The notes: a model not told the origin generated them from the letters alone. A DNA stretch of 64,000 bases from Utricularia gibba (GCA_002189035.1 NEEC01000197.1:15479-79478), one strand, 5' to 3'; numbered from the stretch's first letter, positions 1-14,097 are shown. Made by a program: numbers and translations.

Positions 1-3000
1 TTGCCGTTTTAAGGCGAGTGCTGTCGTTGGCAGCTTTGTTAGGGCCCAAGGTTCGGTCTGGCTCCTGAGCCCAATCGGTGCTACTCGATGAAATCGTGAT
101 GCATTTGCTGAAGTTAGGATGTCATGAGCACCCCAAATGGTTTTCTCAACAACCTGATTTATATTTGAGGAGGCGCTCTAGGCGGGCACCAGTATCGAGC
201 AAATGGTCGAGTCGCGCTCTGGCCCATAGTCATTTGTAGCCTGGCCAAAAAAGTGATGCATTTATTAACGTTGGGTTGTCGGCGGCTGCCCACATGCTTT
301 TTTCGAGGAAAAGTTGTCGTTTTTTTGCGGGTGCTGTTGTTGGGAACTTCGTCCGGACCCAAGGTTCGGTCTGACTTCACAGCACAATCCGATCCCATTC
401 GACGAAAATCGTGACACCTTTATTGAAGTTAGGATCTCATGACCACCCCAAATGGTTTTTTCAACAGCATGCTTTACACTTGACAAGGCGCTTTTGTGGG
501 TCACCGAGATCGGGCCGGATTCGGGTCGGGCTTGAGCCCAAAGTCAGCTGTAGCCCGGCAAAAGAAGTGATGCATTTATTAACGTTGGGTTGTCGGCGGC
601 TGCCCACATGGTTTTTCAAGCAACAGCTTGCCATTTAAAGGCGGGTGCTGTCGTTGGGAGCTTTGTCCGGCCCGAGATTCGGTCTGGCTACTAAGCCCAA
701 TCGGGTCGCACTCGACGAAAATCGTAACGCATTTGATGTAGTTAGGATGTCATGAGAACCCCAATGGGTTTTCTCAACACTCTGCTATATATTTGAGAAG
801 GCGCCCTCGAGGGTTTCGGGATTGGGCCAGAGGTCGGGTCGGGCTCAGGCCAATAGTCAGTTGTAGCCCGGAAAATAAGTGATGCATTTATCAACGATGG
901 GTTTTCGGCGGCTGCCTAAATGGTTTTTCAAGCAACAGCTTGCCGTTTTAAGGTGGGTGCTGTAGTTGGGAGCTTTGTCAGGGCCCGAGATTCGGTCTGG
1001 CTACTAAGCCCAATCGGGTCGTACTCGACGAAATCGTAATGCATTTGCTTTAGTTAGGATGTCATGAGAACCCCAATGGGTTTTCTCAACACTCTGCTTA
1101 TATTTGAGAAGGCGCTCTAGGGTTTCGGGATTGGGCCAGAGGTCGGGTCGGGCTCAGGCCCATAGTCAGTTGTAGCCCGGAAAATAAGTGATGCATTTAT
1201 CAACGTGGGTTTTCGGCGGCTGCCTAAATGGTTTTTCAAGCAATAGCTTGCCGTTTTAAGGCGGTGCTGTCGTTGGCAGCTTTGTTAGGGCCCAAGGTTC
1301 GGTCTGGCTCCTGAGCCCAATCGGGTGCTACTCGATGAAAATCGTGATGCATTTTGAAGTTAGGATGTCATGAGCACCCAAATGGTTTTCTCAACAACCT
1401 GATTTATATTTGAGGAGGCGCTCTAGGCGGGCACCAGTATCGAGGCAAATGGTCGAGTCGCGCTCTGGCCCATAGTCATTTGTAGCCCGGCCAAAAAAGT
1501 GATGCATTTATTAACGTTGGGTTGTCGGCGGCTGCCCACATGGTTTTTCAAGCAACAGCTTGCCATTTAAAGGCGGGTGCTGTCGTTGGGAGCTTTGTCC
1601 GGCCCGAGATTCGGTCTGGCTACTAAGCCCAATCGGGTCGCACTCGACGAAAATCGTAACGCATTTGCTGTAGTTAGGATGTCATGAGAACCCCAATGGG
1701 TTTTCTCAACACTCTGCTTTATATTTCAGAAGGCGCTCTTGGGGGGTTTCGGATTGGGCCAGAGGTCGGGTCGGGCTCAGGCCATAGTCAGTTGTAGCCC
1801 GGAAAATAAGTGATGCATTTATCAACGTTGGGTTTTCGGCGGCTGCCTAAATGGTTTTTCAAGCAACAGCTTGCCGTTTTAAGGTGGGTGCTGTAGTTGG
1901 GAGCTTTGTCAGGGCCCGAGATTCGGTCTGGCTACTAAGCCCAATCGGGTCGTACTCGACGAAATCGTAATGCATTTGCTTTAGTTAGGATGTCATGAGA
2001 ACCCCAATGGGTTTTCTCAACACTCTACTTTATATTTCAGAAGGCGCTCTTGGGGGGTTTCGGGATTGGGCCAGAGGTCGGGTCGGGCTATGGCCCATAG
2101 TCAGTTGTAGCCCGGAAAATAAGTGATGCATTTATCAACGTTGGGTTTTCGGCGGCTGCCTGAATGGTTTTTCAAGCAATAGCTTGCCATTTTAAGGCGG
2201 GTGCTGTCGTTGGCAGCTTTGTAAGGGCCCAAGGTTCGGTCTGGCTCCTGAGCCCAATCGGGTGCTACTCGATGAAAATCGTGATGCATTTTTTGAAGTT
2301 AGGATGTCATGAGCACCCCAAATGGTTTTCTCAACAACCTGATTTATATTTGAGGAGGCGCTCTAGGCTGGCACTAGTATCGAGCAAATGGTCGAGTCGC
2401 GCTCTGGCCCATAGTCATTTGTAGCCCGGCCAAAAAGTGATGCATTTATTAACGTTGGGTTTTCGGCGGCTGCCTACATGCTTTTTTCGAGGAAAAGTTG
2501 TCGTTTTTTTGCGGGTGCTGTTGTTGGGAACTTCGTCCGGACCCAAGGTTCGGTCTGACTTCACAGCACAATCCGATCCCATTCGACGAAAATCGTGACA
2601 CTTTATTGAAGTTAGGATCTCATGACCACCCCAAATGGTTTTTTCAACAGCATGCTTTACACTTGACAAGGCGCTTTTGTGGGTCACCGAGATCGGGCCC
2701 GGATTCGGGTCGGGCTTGAGCCCAAAGTCAGCTGTAGCCCGGCAAAAGAAGTGATGCATTTATTAACGTTGGGTTGTCGGCGGCTGCCCACATGGTTTTT
2801 CAAGCAACAGCTTGCCATTTAAAGGCGGGTGCTGTCGTTGGGAGCTTTGTCCGGCCCGAGATTCGGTCTGGCTAAGCCCAATCGGGTCGCACTCGACGAA
2901 AATCGTAACGCATTTGATGTAGTTAGGATGTCATGAGAACCCCAATGGGTTTTCTCAACACTCTGCTATATATTTGAGAAGGCGCCCTCGGAGGGTTTCG

Positions 3001-6000
3001 GGATTGGGCCAGAGGTCGGGTCGGGCTCAGGCCAATAGTCAGTTGTAGCCCGGAAAATAAGTGATGCATTTATCAACGATGGGTTTTCGGCGGCTGCCTA
3101 AATGGTTTTTCAAGCAACAGCTTGCCGTTTTAAGGTGGGTGCTGTAGTTGGGAGCTTTGTCAGGGCCCGAGATTCGGTCTGGCTACTAAGCCCAATCGGG
3201 TCGTACTCGACGAAATCGTAATGCATTTGCTTTAGTTAGGATGTCATGAGAACCCCAATGGGTTTTCTCAACACTCTGCTTATATTTGAAGGCGCTCTAG
3301 GGTTTCGGGATTGGGCCAGAGGTCGGGTCGGGCTCAGGCCAATAGTCAGTTGTAGCCCGGAAAATAAGTGATGCATTTATCAACGTGGGTTTCGGCGGCT
3401 GCCTAATGGTTTTTCAAGCAACAGCTTGCCGTTTTAAGGCGGGTGCTGTCGTTGGGAGCTTTGTCAGGGCCCGAGATTCGGTCTGGCTCTAGCCCAATCG
3501 GGTCGTACTCGACGAAATCGTAATGCATTTGGTTAGGATGTCATGAGAACCCCAATGGTTTTCTCAACACAATATTTGAGAAGGCGATTTCGGGTCGGGC
3601 TCTGGCCATAGTCATTGTAGCCCGGAAAAAAGTGATGCATTTATCAACGTGGGTTTTCGGCGGCTGCCTAAATGGTTTTGGCTTGCCGTTTTAAGGCGGT
3701 GCTGTGTTGGCAAAGGTTCGGTCTGAGCCCAATCGAAAAATCGTGATGCATTTTTGAAGTTAGGATGTCATGAGCACCCCAAATGGTTTTCTCAACAACC
3801 TGATTTATATTTGAGGAGGCGCTCTTATCGAGCAAATGGTCGAGTCGCGCTCTGGCCCATAGTCATTTGTAGCCGGCCAAAAAAGTGATGCATTTATTAA
3901 CGTTGGGTTGTCGGCGGCTGCCCACATGGTTTTTCAAGCAACAGCTTGCCATTTAAAGGCGGGTGCTGTCGTTGGGAGCTTTGTCCGGCCCGAGATTCGG
4001 TCTGGCTACTAAGCCCAATCGGGTCGCACTCGACGAAAATCGTAACGCATTTGCTGTAGTTAGGATGTCATGAGAACCCCAATGGGTTTTCTCAACACTC
4101 TACTTTATATTTCAGAAGGCGCTCTTGGGGGTTTCGGATTGGGCCAGAGGTCGGGTCGGGCTCAGGCCATAGTCAGTTGTAGCCCGGAAAATAAGTGATG
4201 CATTATCAACGTTGGGTTTTCGGCGGCTGCCTAAATGGTTTTTCAAGCAACAGCTTGCCGTTTTAAGGTGGGTGCTGTAGTTGGGAGCTTTGTCAGGGCC
4301 CGAGATTCGGTCTGGCTACTAAGCCCAATCGGGTCGTACTCGACGAAATCGTAATGCATTTGCTTTAGTTAGGATGTCATGAGAACCCCAATGGGTTTTC
4401 TCAACACTCTACTTTATATTTCAGAAGGCGCTCTTGGGGGGTTTCGGGATTGGGCCAGAGGTCGGGTCGGGCTATGGCCCATAGTCAGTTGTAGCCCGGA
4501 AAATAAGTGATGCATTTATCAACGTTGGGTTTTCGGCGGCTGCCTGAATGGTTTTTCAAGCAATAGCTTGCCATTTTAAGGCGGGTGCTGTCGTTGGCAG
4601 CTTTGTAAGGGCCCAAGGTTCGGTCTGGCTCCTGAGCCCAATCGGGTGCTACTCGATGAAATCGTGATGCATTTTTTGAAGTTAGGATGTCATGAGCACC
4701 CCAAATGGTTTTCTCAACAACCTGATTTATATTTGAGGAGGCGCTCTAGGCTGGCACTAGTATCGAGCAAATGGTCGAGTCGCGCTCTGGCCCATAGTCA
4801 TTTGTAGCCCGGCCAAAAAAGTGATGCATTTATTAACGTTGGGTTTTCGGCGGCTGCCTACATGCTTTTTTCGAGGAAAAGTTGTCGTTTTTTTGCGGGT
4901 GCTGTTGTTGGGAACTTCGTCCGGACCCAAGGTTCGGTCTGACTTCACAGCACAATCCGATCCCATTCGACGAAAATCGTGACACCTTTATTGAAGTTAG
5001 GATCTCATGACCACCCCAAATGGTTTTTTCAACAGCATGCTTTACACTTGACAAGGCGCTTTTGTGGGTCACCGAGATCGGGCCGGATTCGGGTCGGGCT
5101 TGAGCCCAAAGTCAGCTGTAGCCCGGCAAAAGAAGTGATGCATTTATAACGTTGGGTTGTCGGCGGCTGCCCACATGGTTTTTCAAGCAACAGCTTGCCA
5201 TTTAAAGGCGGGTGCTGTCGTTGGGAGCTTTGTCCGGCCCGAGATTCGGTCTGGCTACTAAGCCCAATCGGGTCGCACTCGACGAAAATCGTAACGCATT
5301 TGATGTAGTTAGGATGTCATGAGAACCCCAATGGGTTTTCTCAACACTCTGCTATATATTTGAGAAGGCGCCCTCGGAGGGTTTCGGGATTGGGCCAGAG
5401 GTCGGGTCGGGCTCAGGCCAATAGTCAGTTGTAGCCCGGAAAATAAGTGATGCATTTATCAACGATGGGTTTTCGGCGGCTGCCTAAATGGTTTTTCAAG
5501 CAACAGCTTGCCGTTTTAAGGTGGGTGCTGTAGTTGGGAGCTTTGTCAGGGCCCGAGATTCGGTCTGGCTACTAAGCCCAATCGGGTCGTACTCGACGAA
5601 ATCGTAATGCATTTGCTTTAGTTAGGATGTCATGAGAACCCCAATGGGTTTTCTCAACACTCTGCTTATATTTGAGAAGGCGCTCTTGGGGGTTTCGGGA
5701 TTGGGCCAGAGGTCGGGTCGGGCTAGGCCAATAGTCAGTTGTAGCCCGGAAAATAAGTGATGCATTTATCAACGTTGGGTTTTCGGCGGCTGCCTAAATG
5801 GTTTTTCAAGCAATAGCTTGCCGTTTTAAGGCGGTGCTGTCGTTGGCAGCTTTGTAGGGCCCAAGGTTCGGTCTGGCTCCTGAGCCCAATCGGTGCTACT
5901 CGATGAAAATCGTGATGCATTTTTTGAAGTTAGGATGTCATGAGCACCCCAAATGGTTTTCTCAACAACCTGATTTATATTTGAGGAGGCGCTCTAGGCG

Positions 6001-9000
6001 GGCACTAGTATCGAGCAAATGGTCGAGTCGCGCTCTGGCCCATAGTCATTTGTAGCCCGGCCAAAAAAGTGATGCATTTATTAACGTTGGGTTTCGGCGG
6101 CTGCCCACATGGTTTTTCAAGCAAAGCTTGCCATTTAAAGGCGGGTGCTGTCGTTGGGAGCTTTGTCCGGCCCGAGATTCGGTCTGGCTACTAGCCCAAT
6201 CGGGTCGCACTCGACGAAAATCGTAACGCATTTTGTAGTTAGGATGTCATGAGAACCCCAATGGTTTTCTCAACACTCTTTTAGGCGCTCTTGGGGTTTC
6301 GGGATTGGGCCAGAGGTCGGGTCGGGCTCAGGCCAATAGTCAGTTGTAGCCCGGAAAATAAGTGATGCATTTATCAACGTTGGGTTTTCGGCGGCTGCCT
6401 AAATGGTTTTTCAAGCAACAGCTTGCCGTTTTAAAGTGGGTGCTGTAGTTGGGAGCTTTGTCAGGGCCCGAGATTCGGTCTGGCTACTAAGCCCAATCGG
6501 GTCGTACTCGACGAAATCGTAATGCATTTGCTTTAGTTAGGATGTCATGAGAACCCCAATGGGTTTTCTCAACACTCTGCTATATATTTGAGAAGGCGCA
6601 GGGTTTCGGGATTGGGCCAGAGGTCGGGTCGGGCTCAGGCCAATAGTCAGTTGTAGCCCGGAAAATAAGTGATGCATTTATCAACGATGGGTTTTCGGCG
6701 GCTGCCTAAATGGTTTTTCAAGCAACAGCTTGCCGTTTTAAGGTGGGTGCTGTAGTTGGGAGCTTTGTCAGGGCCCGAGATTCGGTCTGGCTACTAAGCC
6801 CAATCGGGTCGTACTCGACGAAATCGTAATGCATTTGCTTTAGTTAGGATGTCATGAGAACCCCAATGGGTTTTCTCAACACTCTACTTTATATTTCAGA
6901 AGGCGCTCTTGGGGGGTTTCGGGATTGGGCAGAGGTCGGGTCGGGCTATGGCCCATAGTCAGTTGTAGCCCGGAAAATAAGTGATGCATTTATCAACGTT
7001 GGGTTTTCGGCGGCTGCCTGAATGGTTTTTCAAGCAATAGCTTGCCATTTTAAGGCGGGTGCTGTCGTTGGCAGCTTTGTAAGGGCCCAAGGTTCGGTCT
7101 GGCTCCTGAGCCCAATCGGGTGCTACTCGATGAAAATCGTGATGCATTTTTTGAAGTTAGGATGTCATGAGCACCCCAAATGGTTTTCTCAACAACCTGA
7201 TTTATATTTGAGGAGGCGCTCTAGGCTGGCACTAGTATCGAGCAAATGGTCGAGTCGCTCTGGCCCATAGTCATTTGTAGCCCGGCCAAAAAAGTGATGC
7301 ATTTATTAACGTTGGGTTTTCGGCGGCTGCCTACATGCTTTTTTCGAGGAAAAGTTGTCGTTTTTTTGCGGGTGCTGTTGTTGGGAACTTCGTCCGGACC
7401 CAAGGTTCGGTCTGACTTCACAGCACAATCCGATCCCATTCGACGAAATCGTGACACCTTTATTGAAGTTAGGATCTCATGACCACCCCAAATGGTTTTT
7501 TCAACAGCATGCTTTACACTTGACAAGGCGCTTTTGTGGGTCACCGAGATCGGGCCGGATTCGGGTCGGGCTTGAGCCCAAAGTCAGCTGTAGCCCGGCA
7601 AAAGAAGTGATGCATTTATTAACGTTGGGTTGTCGGCGGCTGCCCACATGGTTTTTCAAGCAACAGCTTGCCATTTAAAGGCGGGTGCTGTCGTTGGGAG
7701 CTTTGTCCGGCCCGAGATTCGGTCTGGCTACTAAGCCCAATCGGGTCGCACTCGACGAAAATCGTAACGCATTTGATGTAGTTAGGATGTCATGAGAACC
7801 CCAATGGGTTTTCTCAACACTCTGCTATATATTTGAGAAGGCGCCTCGGAGGGTTCGGGATTGGGCCAGAGGTCGGGTCGGGCTCAGGCCAATAGTCAGT
7901 TGTAGCCCGGAAAATAAGTGATGCATTTATCAACGATGGGTTTTCGGCGGCTGCCTAAATGGTTTTTCAAGCAACAGCTTGCCGTTTTAAGGTGGGTGCT
8001 GTAGTTGGGAGCTTTGTCAGGGCCCGAGATTCGGTCTGGCTACTAAGCCCAATCGGGTCGTACTCGACGAAATCGTAATGCATTTGCTTTAGTTAGGATG
8101 TCATGAGAACCCCAATGGGTTTTCTCAACACTCTACTTTATATTTCAGAAGGCGCTCTTGGGGGTTTCGGGATTGGGCCAGAGGTCGGGTCGGGCTATGG
8201 CCCATAGTCAGTTGTAGCCCGGAAAATAAGTGATGCATTTATCAACGTGGGTTTTCGGCGGCTGCCTAAATGGTTTTTCAAGCAATAGCTTGCCATTTTA
8301 AGGCGGTGCTGTCGTTGGCAGCTTTGTAAGGGCCCAAGGTTCGGTCTGGCTCCTGAGCCCAATCGGGTGCTACTCGATGAAAATCGTGATGCATTTTTTG
8401 AAGTTAGGATGTCATGAGCACCCCAAATGGTTTTCAACAACCTGATTTATTTGAGGAGGCGCTCTAGGCTGGCACTAGTATCGAGCAAATGGTCGAGTCG
8501 CGCTCTGGCCCATAGTCATTTGTAGCCCGGCCAAAAAAGTGATGCATTTATTAACGTTGGGTTTTCGGGCTGCCTACATGCTTTTTGAGGAAAAGTTGTC
8601 GTTTTTTGGCGGGTGCTGTTGTTGGGAACTTCGTCCGGACCCAAGGTTCGGTCTGACTTCACAGCACAATCCGATCCCATTCGACGAAAATCGTGACACC
8701 TTTATTGAAGTTAGGATCTCATGACCACCCCAAATGGTTTTTTCAACAGCATGCTTTACACTTGACAAGGCGCTTTTGTGGGTCACCTCGGGCCGGATTC
8801 GGTCGGCTTGAGCCCAAAGTCAGCTGTAGCCCGGCAAAAGAAGTGATGCATTTATTAACGTTGGGTTGTCGGCGGCTGCCCACATGGTTTTTCAAGCAAC
8901 AGCTTGCCATTTAAAGGCGGGTGCTGTCGTTGGGAGCTTTGTCCGGCCCGAGATTCGGTCTGGCTACTAAGCCCAATCGGGTCGCACTCGACGAAAATCG

Positions 9001-12000
9001 TAACGCATTTGATGTAGTTAGGATGTCATGAGAACCCCAATGGGTTTTCTCAACACTCTGCTATATATTTGAGAAGGCGCCTCGGAGGGTTTCGGGATTG
9101 GGCCAGAGGTCGGGTCGGGCTCAGGCCATAGTCAGTTGTAGCCCGGAAAATAAGTGATGCATTTATCAACGATGGGTTTTCGGCGGCTGCCTAAATGGTT
9201 TTTCAAGCAACAGCTTGCCGTTTTAAGGTGGGTGCTGTAGTTGGGAGCTTTGTCAGGGCCCGAGATTCGGTCTGGCTACTAAGCCCAATCGGGTCGTACT
9301 CGACGAAATCGTAATGCATTTGCTTTAGTTAGGATGTCATGAGAACCCCAATGGGTTTTCTCAACACTCTACTTTATATTTCAGAAGGCGCTCTTGGGGG
9401 GTTTCGGGATTGGGCCAGAGGTCGGGTCGGGCTATGGCCCATAGTCAGTTGTAGCCCGGAAAATAAGTGATGCATTTATCAACGTTGGGTTTTCGGCGGC
9501 TGCCTGAATGGTTTTTCAAGCAATAGCTTGCCATTTTAAGGCGGGTGCTGTCGTTGGCAGCTTTGTAAGGGCCCAAGGTTCGGTCTGGCTCCTGAGCCCA
9601 ATCGGGTGCTACTCGATGAAAATCGTGATGCATTTTTTGAAGTTAGGATGTCATGAGCACCCCAAATGGTTTTCTCAACAACCTGATTTATATTTGAGGA
9701 GGCGCTCTAGGCTGGCACTAGTATCGAGCAAATGGTCGAGTCGCGCTCTGGCCCATAGTCATTTGTAGCCCGGCCAAAAGTGATGCATTTATTAACGTTG
9801 GGTTTTCGGCGGCTGCCTACATGCTTTTTGAGGAAAAGTTGTCGTTTTTTTGCGGGTGCTGTTGTTGGGAACTTCGTCCGGACCCAAGGTTCGGTCTGAC
9901 TTCACAGCACAATCCGATCCCATTCGACGAAAATCGTGACACCTTTATTGAAGTTAGGATCTCATGACCACCCCAAATGGTTTTTTCAACAGCATGCTTT
10001 ACACTTGACAAGGCGCTTTTGTGGGTCACCGAGATCGGGCCGGATTCGGGTCGGGCTTGAGCCCAAAGTCAGCTGTAGCCCGGCAAAAGAAGTGATGCAT
10101 TTATTAACGTTGGGTTGTCGGCGGCTGCCCACATGGTTTTTCAAGCAACAGCTTGCCATTTAAAGGCGGGTGCTGTCGTTGGGAGCTTTGTCCGGCCCGA
10201 GATTCGGTCTGGCTACTAAGCCCAATCGGGTCGCACTCGACGAAAATCGTAACGCATTTGATGTAGTTAGGATGTCATGAGAACCCCAATGGGTTTTCTC
10301 AACACTCTGCTATATATTTGAGAAGGCGCCCTCGGAGGGTTTCGGGATTGGGCCAGAGGTCGGGTCGGGCTCAGGCCATAGTCAGTTGTAGCCCGGAAAA
10401 TAAGTGATGCATTTATCAACGATGGGTTTTCGGCGGCTGCCTAAATGGTTTTTCAAGCAACAGCTTGCCGTTTTAAGGTGGGTGCTGTAGTTGGGAGCTT
10501 TGTCAGGGCCCGAGATTCGGTCTGGCTACTAAGCCCAATCGGGTCGTACTCGACGAAATCGTAATGCATTTGCTTTAGTTAGGATGTCATGAGAACCCCA
10601 ATGGGTTTTCTCAACACTCTACTTTATATTTCAGAAGGCGCTCTTGGGGGGTTTCGGGATTGGGCCAGAGGTCGGGTCGGGCTATGGCCCATAGTCAGTT
10701 GTAGCCCGGAAAATAAGTGATGCATTTATCAACGTTGGGTTTTCGGCGGCTGCCTGAATGGTTTTTCAAGCAATAGCTTGCCATTTTAAGGCGGGTGCTG
10801 TCGTTGGCAGCTTTGTAAGGGCCCAAGGTTCGGTCTGGCTCCTGAGCCCAATCGGGTGCTACTCGATGAAAATCGTGATGCATTTTTGAAGTTAGGATGT
10901 CATGAGCACCCCAAATGGTTTTCTCAACAACCTGATTTATATTTGAGGAGGCGCTCTAGGCTGGCACTAGTATCGAGCAAATGGTCGAGTCGCGCTCTGG
11001 CCCATAGTCATTTGTAGCCCGGCCAAAAAGTGATGCATTTATTAACGTTGGGTTTTCGGGCTGCCTACATGCTTTTTGAGGAAAAGTTGTCGTTTTTTTG
11101 CGGGTGCTGTTGTTGGGAACTTCGTCCGGACCCAAGGTTCGGTCTGACTTCACAGCACAATCCGATCCCATTCGACGAAAATCGTGACACCTTTATTGAA
11201 GTTAGGATCTCATGACCACCCCAAATGGTTTTTTCAACAGCATGCTTTACACTTGACAAGGCGCTTTTGTGGGTCACCGAGATCGGGCCGGATTCGGGTC
11301 GGGCTTGAGCCCAAAGTCAGCTGTAGCCCGGCAAAAGAAGTGATGCATTTATTAACGTTGGGTTGTCGGCGGCTGCCACATGGTTTTTCAAGCAACAGCT
11401 TGCCATTTAAAGGCGGGCTGTCGTTGGGAGCTTTGTCCGGCCGAGATTCGGTCTGGCTACTAAGCCCAATCGGGTCGCACTCGACGAAAATCGTAACGCA
11501 TTTGATGTAGTTAGGATGTCATGAGAACCCCAATGGGTTTTCTCAACACTCTGCTATATATTTGAGAAGGCGCCCTCGGAGGGTTTCGGGATTGGGCCAG
11601 AGGTCGGGTCGGGCTCAGGCCATAGTCAGTTGTAGCCCGGAAAATAAGTGATGCATTTATCAACGATGGGTTTTCGGCGGCTGCCTAAATGGTTTTTCAA
11701 GCAACAGCTTGCCGTTTTAAGGTGGGTGCTGTAGTTGGGAGCTTTGTCAGGGCCCGAGATTCGGTCTGGCTACTAAGCCCAATCGGGTCGTACTCGACGA
11801 AATCGTAATGCATTTGCTTTAGTTAGGATGTCATGAGAACCCCAATGGGTTTTCTCAACACTCTACTTTATATTTCAGAAGGCGCTCTTGGGGGGTTTCG
11901 GGATTGGGCCAGAGGTCGGGTCGGGCTATGGCCCATAGTCAGTTGTAGCCCGGAAAATAAGTGATGCATTTATCAACGTTGGGTTTTCGGCGGCTGCCTG

Positions 12001-14097
12001 AATGGTTTTTCAAGCAATAGCTTGCCATTTTAAGGCGGGTGCTGTCGTTGGCAGCTTTGTAAGGGCCCAAGGTTCGGTCTGGCTCCTGAGCCCAATCGGG
12101 TGCTACTCGATGAAAATCGTGATGCATTTTTTGAAGTTAGGATGTCATGAGCACCCAAATGGTTTTCTCAACAACCTGATTTATATTTGAGGAGGCGCTC
12201 TAGGCTGGCACTAGTATCGAGCAAATGGTCGAGTCGCGCTCTGGCCCATAGTCATTTGTAGCCCGGCCAAAAAAGTGATGCATTTATTAACGTTGGGTTT
12301 TCGGCGGCTGCCTACATGCTTTTTTCGAGGAAAAGTTGTCGTTTTTTTGCGGGTGCTGTTGTTGGGAACTTCGTCCGGACCCAAGGTTCGGTCTGACTTC
12401 ACAGCACAATCCGATCCCATTCGACGAAAATCGTGACACCTTTATTGAAGTTAGGATCTCATGACCACCCCAAATGGTTTTTTCAACAGCATGCTTTACA
12501 CTTGACAAGGCGCTTTTGTGGGTCACCGAGATCGGGCCGGATTCGGGTCGGGCTTGAGCCCAAGTCAGCTGTAGCCCGGCAAAAGAAGTGATGCATTTAT
12601 TAACGTTGGGTTGTCGGCGGCTGCCCACATGGTTTTTCAAGCAACAGCTTGCCATTTAAAGGCGGGTGCTGTCGTTGGGAGCTTTGTCCGGCCCGAGATT
12701 CGGTCTGGCTACTAAGCCCAATCGGGTCGCACTCGACGAAAATCGTAACGCATTTGATGTAGTTAGGATGTCATGAGAACCCCAATGGGTTTTCTCAACA
12801 CTCTGCTATATATTTGAGAAGGCGCCCTCGGAGGGTTTCGGGATTGGGCCAGAGGTCGGGTCGGGCTCAGGCCAATAGTCAGTTGTAGCCCGGAAAATAA
12901 GTGATGCATTTATCAACGATGGGTTTTCGGCGGCTGCCTAAATGGTTTTTCAAGCAACAGCTTGCCGTTTTAAGGTGGGTGCTGTAGTTGGGAGCTTTGT
13001 CAGGGCCGAGATTCGGTCTGGCTACTAAGCCCAATCGGGTCGTACTCGACGAAATCGTAATGCATTTGCTTTAGTTAGGATGTCATGAGAACCCCAATGG
13101 GTTTTCTCAACACTCTTTATATTTCAGAAGGCGCTCTTGGGGGTTTCGGGATTGGGCCAGAGGTCGGGTCGGGCTATGGCCCATAGTCAGTTGTAGCCCG
13201 GAAAATAAGTGATGCATTTATCAACGTGGGTTTTCGGCGGCTGCCTAAATGGTTTTTCAAGCAATAGCTTGCCATTTTAAGGCGGTGCTGTCGTTGGCAG
13301 CTTTGTAGGGCCCAAGGTTCGGTCTGGCTCCTGAGCCCAATCGGGTGCTACTCGATGAAAATCGTGATGCATTTTTTGAAGTTAGGATGTCATGAGCACC
13401 CCAAATGGTTTTCTCAACAACCTGATTTATATTTGAGGAGGCGCTCTAGGCTGGCACTAGTATCGAGCAAATGGTCGAGTCGCGCTCTGGCCCATAGTCA
13501 TTTGTAGCCCGGCCAAAAAGTGATGCATTTATTAACGTTGGGTTTTCGGCGGCTGCCTACATGCTTTTTGAAGGAAAAGTTGTCGTTTTTTGCGGGTGCT
13601 GTTGTTGGGAACTTTGTCCGGACCCAAGGTTCGGTCTGACTTCACAGCACAATCCGATCCCATTCGACGAAAATCGTGATACCTTTATTGAAGTTAGGAT
13701 CTCATGACCACCCCAAATGGTTTTTTCAACAGCATGCTTTACACTTGACAAGGCGCTTTTGTGGGTCACCGAGATCGGGCCGGATTCGGGTCGGGCTTGA
13801 GCCCAAGTCAGCTGTAGCCCGGCAAAAGAAGTGATGCATTTATTAACGTTGGGTTGTCGGCGGCTGCCCACATGGTTTTTCAAGCAACAGCTTGCCATTT
13901 AAGCCCGCCCACCCCCGAGATTCGGTCTGGCTACTAAGCCCAATCGGGTCGCACTCGACGAAAATCGTAATGCATTTGTTGTAGTTAGGATGTCATGAGA
14001 ACCCCAATGGTTTTCTCAACACTCTGCTATATATTTGAGAGGCGCTCTTGGGGGGTTTCGGATTGGGCCAGAGGTCGGGTCGGGCTCAGGCCCATAG
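1..14097. repeat. Irregular array domain with variant HORs (A'-B/C-D, ABCDD, A-B-C/D) and an A' allele set
   Basis: Monomer order read by eye: A'(..229) B230 C544 D857 | A'1166 B/C1476 D1788 | A2101 B2415 C2728 D3039 D*3346 | A'*3612 B/C3863 D4173 | A4485 B4798 C5112 D5425 | A'5735 B/C6046 D6340 D6647 | A6959 ... | A13187 B13498 C/D13808. Confidence 0.8.

Noticed and set aside
1101-1140. Interstitial telomere array (ctagggtttcggg)
   Set aside because: It is one degenerate word per monomer, created here by a small deletion, and not a tandem TTTAGGG tract.
7000-13100. Single-base length changes in homopolymer runs (g5/g6, a5/a6, t5/t6) as biological variants
   Set aside because: They are scattered, lie in homopolymers and are typical of long-read consensus error, so I did not use them as markers.
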